Source: Ranitomeya imitator
Taxonomy: Eukaryota
Reading direction: 5' to 3'
Assembly (NCBI RefSeq): GCF_032444005.1
Contig: NC_091282.1
Span: forward strand, 470,456,001 to 470,520,000
DNA: 64,000 nucleotides
Shown here one piece after another: positions 58,802-64,000 of the stretch (position 1 is its first letter; each line of letters starts with the position of its first letter). The notes beneath the pieces were generated by a model that was not told the origin of the DNA, searched no databases, and saw nothing but the letters and a program-made list of their open reading frames with translations. Position numbers and translations under genes: made by a program.

Positions 58802-61399
58802 TATATTCTAGGATGTAGATAAATAGGGGTACATTAATAACATAAGAAAAAGAAAAACATATGTCACGCACAACACTATTTCTGTACTATATGCATGATT
58901 CCTGTCATTTCTATAGGAAAACATATAGATTTACCAGCTGAAGTAGTAAAACACCTTCTTAAAGCAAGGATGAGAAGTATTGGCATTTTGCTTATTCCGA
59001 CATAAGACATGCATGTACGTCACACATTGGATTCCTGCGTATACAGCAAGCTCAGGAGCTGAGATCACTTTACAGGCAGAAGATGGCAGCTTTATCATCA
59101 ACAACCAACATCCATGTCTAACATCATTGACCATATCTAGTTCCAATTGTGTTCACTGTCAATGGGGTACTAATAGGCAGTCATGGGCCTGCTGAAGGCC
59201 CTCAGGGCTTTCATCCTAGCACTTTTTTGCTTCATATGGAAGATAACCATTTCAATAAAAACTATGATTTTCTATCCAGTATATAGTGTGGTAAAGTGAT
59301 GTCATGCAAAAAAACAAAACTTCAATTGGAAATGGATACTGAAAAATGTAATGGTTAAGCCTCTTAATACAGAGCATGGGAAAAAAAAAACAAAAGAGCA
59401 AGAAAATAAATAATGGTGAAAGCGGGAAGGGAATAAAAACTTATCGCTCAAAACATATGTACTCTACATTGTGGTTTTAAATATATATAGCATAAGAATA
59501 GTTAGTTTGTCCTTTATGTACAATGACTACCAGCAACTTGCAGTACATTGCTAACTGTTATCTTTGCTTATATTTTTGACCAAAACAAGACAATGCTTGA
59601 AATTGCAAAAAAAAATTGTACTGCTTTATTATGATAAAAAAAAGAATAGTCTAATAGTCAAACTGAAATAATAGAAAAAAAAATAAATGGACATAGAATA
59701 GATTTAATCAATTAATTGAATTATCAATTAATTTATATGTTGATATTAAACTGAAATAATGTACTGTATATTTTACTTTAATATTTGGTACAGTGCCATA
59801 TGAAAATGACTGCCTTTTCTATAACTGAACATGTGGCACATATAAATATTTTAAGATTTATGTGGTAAAGAGATTTGTTTTATTCAGTAGGGACTTTCTA
59901 GACTTTTTTAATATATGTTTTGATGTTCAATAAAGGGAAATTTTCCATTAAAAATTCAGTTTTCTCAAAGGCTTAGATTATTTTCATGAGTTCAAGGGCA
60001 TTTGTGATAAAAGTTTTAAAGTGAAACCAATTGAATTTCCCTTGATACTTATTAAAACTAGAAATTAACAATCTAGATTCTGGATATGCCTTTGACACTT
60101 GGCTCCTTTCAGTTTGACTAATGAAAACATGTTTAAGAATGACAATTTAAGTTTTAGGGTTCCTGTAGTTCACATTTTCATTGGTATTTGTAAGAAGCAA
60201 TTGTGCATAAAAGTACAATTCTGTCTAGTACAGGAATCAAAGACGTAGATATAGGGAGTACCTAGATAGAAGTCAAAATCGTCCATTTTAGGGGAATCAA
60301 AACCCTCTTCTACAATTATTAAAAATGGCACAAGCCCTGTTAAAGATTTTAAGTTGGGGACCAGTGGATTCAAAGTATGCATCCAAAAGAAAATATTGTG
60401 CAATGTCCTGACAAATTCTTTAATCTTTGTACTTAGAATTGTCAAATATTCTATAGAATATCTAAAACAAGACTGATCTTCTTGTGTTCTGATCTTACAA
60501 AGATTCAGCTTCAAAAGAAAAAAGCACCACAAACCGACCATGCAGTCCAATGTAATATAATTTTATTGATGTATAATTCAAGTAAGTGGAGGCAAAAAAA
60601 GGAAAATAAATGCAGGTAAGAAATAATGATACGGACCACAATGCAAAAGTGCAAAGAAAAAGGTGACGCACACCCAGGGGTAGAAAGAAAAAATAGAACT
60701 GGGTGAAACACAACGGTGTATATGGCAATAAGGATCAACATGAATCGTATATGCACAAAAATCACTAAAAAACAAAAATGTATCCAAAATGAAAGTGCAA
60801 ATGCAAAATCACAAGAAGAATTACCCTAGTATCAAAAACATGGGTATAATTATAAATCAAGCAATGATCAAAACTAATGCAATGATTAAAAATAAGCCAA
60901 AACACACAAATATGTGAAACACACGTTGTGCTGAGGTGATTCAGCTTATAATATTCATTTTTATTACCACACTTCCTTCATTTTTCTGACTTTTCATATA
61001 TCTGGAATTCCTGACAATGAAGCTGCAAGCTCTATGTTAAGTCAGTGTTCAATATGAAGCAAACCTTCTATTTCCTTTTCCTTTCTTTTAGAGATCTAAT
61101 CTACATAGCTAAGTCTTAATTTCAGTGTTTCACACATAATGGAATTGAAAAACCCCAACAATAGCAATTTTTTAATTAGGACTCCTTGCAATATTTCTTA
61201 TTGTCTTTTGTATCTATATGAAAGATTTACATAGCTCATTTTACATTTCTCTTTAATTTAATATAAATTGCCTTTTCAGCCAGGAAGAGAACAAGAACTC
61301 TAGTGCCATCTATTGGAAGTAGCAATCCTAACAGTCAATGTCGACCCTTTAACGAGCCTTGTCACATGACTTAGGATAAAAGCCAAACCAGAATCTCAA

Positions 61400-61444
61400 T
61401 TTGCAGACACTGTGTTTTGGGGTACTGCTCCTCATCGGTGCAAA
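61400..61444 (-). ncRNA. Type I hammerhead ribozyme motif, core-mutated copy
   Basis: - strand: TTTGCA CCGATGA GGAG CAGTA CCCC AAAA CACAGT GTC TGCAAA. Stem I is perfect, but the core has U4C and G12A changes. Confidence 0.75.
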
Positions 61445-61507
61445 GTGTGAGATCTGGATTGGGTGTAGGAGAGGCGTCTTACTGGGATCCAAGAGGTATC
61501 ATTTCTC

Positions 61508-61585
61508 CTTGCGGAGAGTGAAATGTTAAGCATGCCGAGATGAGGAGACTTAAAGCCGCAATGCTTCTCTGGGAAATATGCAAAT
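61508..61585 (-). promoter_or_regulatory. snRNA-type promoter motifs: octamer, SPH-like and PSE-like
   Basis: ATGCAAAT at 61578-61585; TTCCCAGAGAAGCATTGCGG (-) at 61575-61556; TCACTCTCCGCAAG (-) at 61521-61508, identical in unit 2 at 61838-61825. Confidence 0.55.
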
Positions 61586-61716
61586 TGTCTCTTCAGAGAG
61601 GAAAAGGACTAGAACTCTAGTGCCACCTATTGGAAGTAGCAATCCTACCAGTCAATGTCGGCCCTTTAACGAGCCTTGTCACATGACTTAGGATAATAGC
61701 CAAACCAGAATCTCAA

Positions 61717-61761
61717 TTTGTAGACACTGTGTTTCGGGGTACTGTCTCTCGTCAGTGCAAA
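61717..61761 (-). ncRNA. Type I hammerhead ribozyme motif, intact catalytic core
   Basis: - strand: TTTGCA CTGACGA GAGA CAGTA CCCC GAAA CACAGT GTC TACAAA. CUGANGA, GAAA and GUC are intact; stem II has two A-C mismatches. Confidence 0.85.
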
Positions 61762-62237
61762 GTATGAGATCTAGTTTGGCTGTATGAGAAGCGTCTGACC
61801 GGGATCTAAGAAGTATCATTTCTCCTTGCGGAGAGTGACATGTTAAGCATGCCAAGATAAGGAGACTTAAAGCCACAATGCTCCTCTGGCAAATTTAATT
61901 TCAGAAAAATGTCAACTCATAACTATTAATTAAACTCTGATATAGAACAAATATATTTACAGATATGCGAAGATCAATTAATATTTGCTATAACATGACA
62001 ACATTTTTTATAAAATATATGTATAAATAATCTATATACATTTATAATACACTTTATTTGTTTAATTCTCTATAAATATGATATATTTGGTATATAACAA
62101 AAATAAAATATTTACATATATACATACAATACAGTTAATATTTGCTATATAATATATTTGATATTTGCTATATGTATTATAAAAATTACCTAGACACTGC
62201 TGTATCAGAATAACTACATATATATGCTAGAGTAGTA

Positions 62238-63710
62238 TGTGGTTACTATATATAGTGGTAGTTCAACTCATGTGTTGGAATATTGAGATAGAAAATAGGA
62301 ACACCGTCTCTTTAAATCCTTTGTTGGTTTATTATTATGCGGCATAAACCAACAAGAGGGGAAAGTAAACATAAACATAGCCTTTCTGACTAAAACAGGA
62401 AAAGAATAAGGAAAAACAAAAACACTGCTAGATAGTCCATACTTATGCAGGTAACATCCCACTCTAGAGCAACACAGGTTCAGTATTTCTTCTACAAGAC
62501 ACAAAACCAATGGAGAATCCTCTCTCCAGTCTTGCTGATCAAAGACTGCCCCAACAGCTCAGTTATTTAAACCTAAGACCATATAACTCTTTCCATCATG
62601 TGACTGACCACATGATTATGACAACACACAAGTTGTTAGCTCTGCATATGGAGATATGGTGGACCTCCTTCCTCCCGCTTTATGAAGGTCCACTAAAACC
62701 AGCCCATTATTCAAATTTAACTTAACCCTCACAACACGTAGTGTGCTGTTCAAAAATACTCTGGTTTCATATCACTGATGCCATTAAGCACAGTGACACA
62801 TATCTCCCATCTATTACATTACCAGTGATTTTATCACATATTCTCCCCTCTGCCCAAAGCCGGGGGTTTTGACACCTTCACTCGCTAAGGAGGAGTCTGG
62901 ACAGGGCATCTGCATTTCCATGTAACTTTCCTGGCCTATGCTTGACGTAAAATGTGAAATCTTGGAGGCCTTAGAACCACCTTGTCAGCCAAGCATTTTT
63001 ACCCTTAGTTTCCCTCAACCACCTCAGAGGGGCATGGCTAGATACCAGCTTCAATCTATGGCCTAGCAGGCTGTACCTCAGGGTATCTACGGCCCAATTT
63101 ATGGCTAGGCACTCCTCTACGATGGCATAGTTTATCTCGCATGAAGAGAGCTTTCGGCTCAGATAAAGGATGGGATGCTCCACCCCATTTACTTTCTGAG
63201 ACAGCACGGCTCCCAAGCCAACTTCTGACGCATCTTTCCAGACCACAAACTCTGCTGAACTCTGGTGAGATCAGAAGTGGATGTTTACACAGAGCCTGCT
63301 TCTGCTCCTGAAAAGCCACCTCAGACTCAGCAGACCATTTAATCAATGATGATCTTGTGCCTTGAAAAAGGTCCATCAACGGTGTGTCAATCATGGCAAA
63401 CCTTGGGATAAACCACAGGTACTAACCCACATTTCCAAGAAATGCCTTCACTTGCTTCTTGGAAAGTGGTTGTGGCCATTTCAGGATTGCATCAATCTTG
63501 TTTATCTGAGGCTTGATTTTGCCCCTCCCAACAAAATAGTCTAGGTATTTGGCCTCTTCCTTCCCTATGGAACACATTTTTAGGGTTTATGGTGAACCAT
63601 GCTTTCCTCAAAGCATCCACGACTACCCGTATCTTATGGTTCCCAGTTTCTCAATGAGTACATCCAGCCAGGGCATCAGATACGCATCACATTTGGAGAC
63701 CTGATTCAGC
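62238..63710 (-). mobile_element. Gypsy remnant: partial RT, RNase H, PPT and 3' LTR (Gmr1-like order)
   Basis: KDASEVGLGAVLSQ...HPILYLSRKL, then HRPGKLHGNADALSR ending at 62896; GGGGAGAA PPT at ~62848-62841; putative LTR 62238-62838. Confidence 0.75.
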
Positions 63711-64000
63711 TGCAATAATCATTATCTTTGGGGTTGCAGAACAAGGATAATCATTGCAACACAATTCATGTATACTTTTTGCATATCTTGTAGTGTTCAG
63801 GTGAAGGTGCATATTGAAATGATTGTAGGATATTCAGAAATTACCTTTCAAGTAATGTAATTGACTACATATCCTACTTTTTGTAGATTCACATAGAGTA
63901 AGATCAGTAAGTGGCTGTTATTTCCCCAACATACTGACATCTACATAAACCTCACCAATAGCACTTTATCAACATAATATGTTTCTGCACTTTTATGACA

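Larger units (their letters stand above)
61275..61894 (-). repeat. 317-bp tandem dimer, hammerhead-containing (satellite-2/retrozyme-like)
   Basis: AGAACTCTAGTGCCA at 61294 and 61611; each unit contains a hammerhead motif. Confidence 0.85.

Noticed and set aside
60170-60550. 126-aa - strand ORF, and a possible + strand 83-nt exon (60292-60374, GNQNPLLQLLKMAQALLKILSWGPVDS) in unique AT-rich DNA
   Set aside because: No recognisable protein similarity, weak polypyrimidine tract and no partner exons identified. It needs BLASTX or RNA-seq before being called a host exon.

Overview
Eukaryotic (vertebrate, most likely anuran amphibian, inferred from the repeat families) repeat-dense intergenic or intronic DNA. 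No host protein-coding gene can be supported. Contents: a complete, apparently intact chromodomain-bearing Ty3/Gypsy retrotransposon on the - strand (975-bp LTRs, 5-bp TSD, gag-pol -1 frameshift signal, Tf1/sushi-type self-priming site); four solo LTRs; about ten Tc1/mariner copies, two with intact DD34E transposases; two decayed hAT transposase genes plus two palindromic hAT MITEs; two piggyBac-like non-autonomous elements, one carrying a ~370-bp tandem array and telomere-like repeats; a PIF/Harbinger element with a 3-exon MADF gene; a Penelope-like GIY-YIG fragment; tRNA-derived SINEs; a CR1 tail; a Gypsy RT-RNase H remnant with Gmr1-like organisation; and one assembly gap. The most notable non-obvious signal is a 317-bp tandem dimer at ~61.3-61.9 kb. 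Each unit carries a type I hammerhead ribozyme motif (- strand) with an extended stem I and snRNA-type promoter motifs (octamer, SPH-like, PSE-like), i.e. a satellite-2/retrozyme-like self-cleaving RNA cassette. All assignments were made by eye from the sequence and ORF track; no searches were run.
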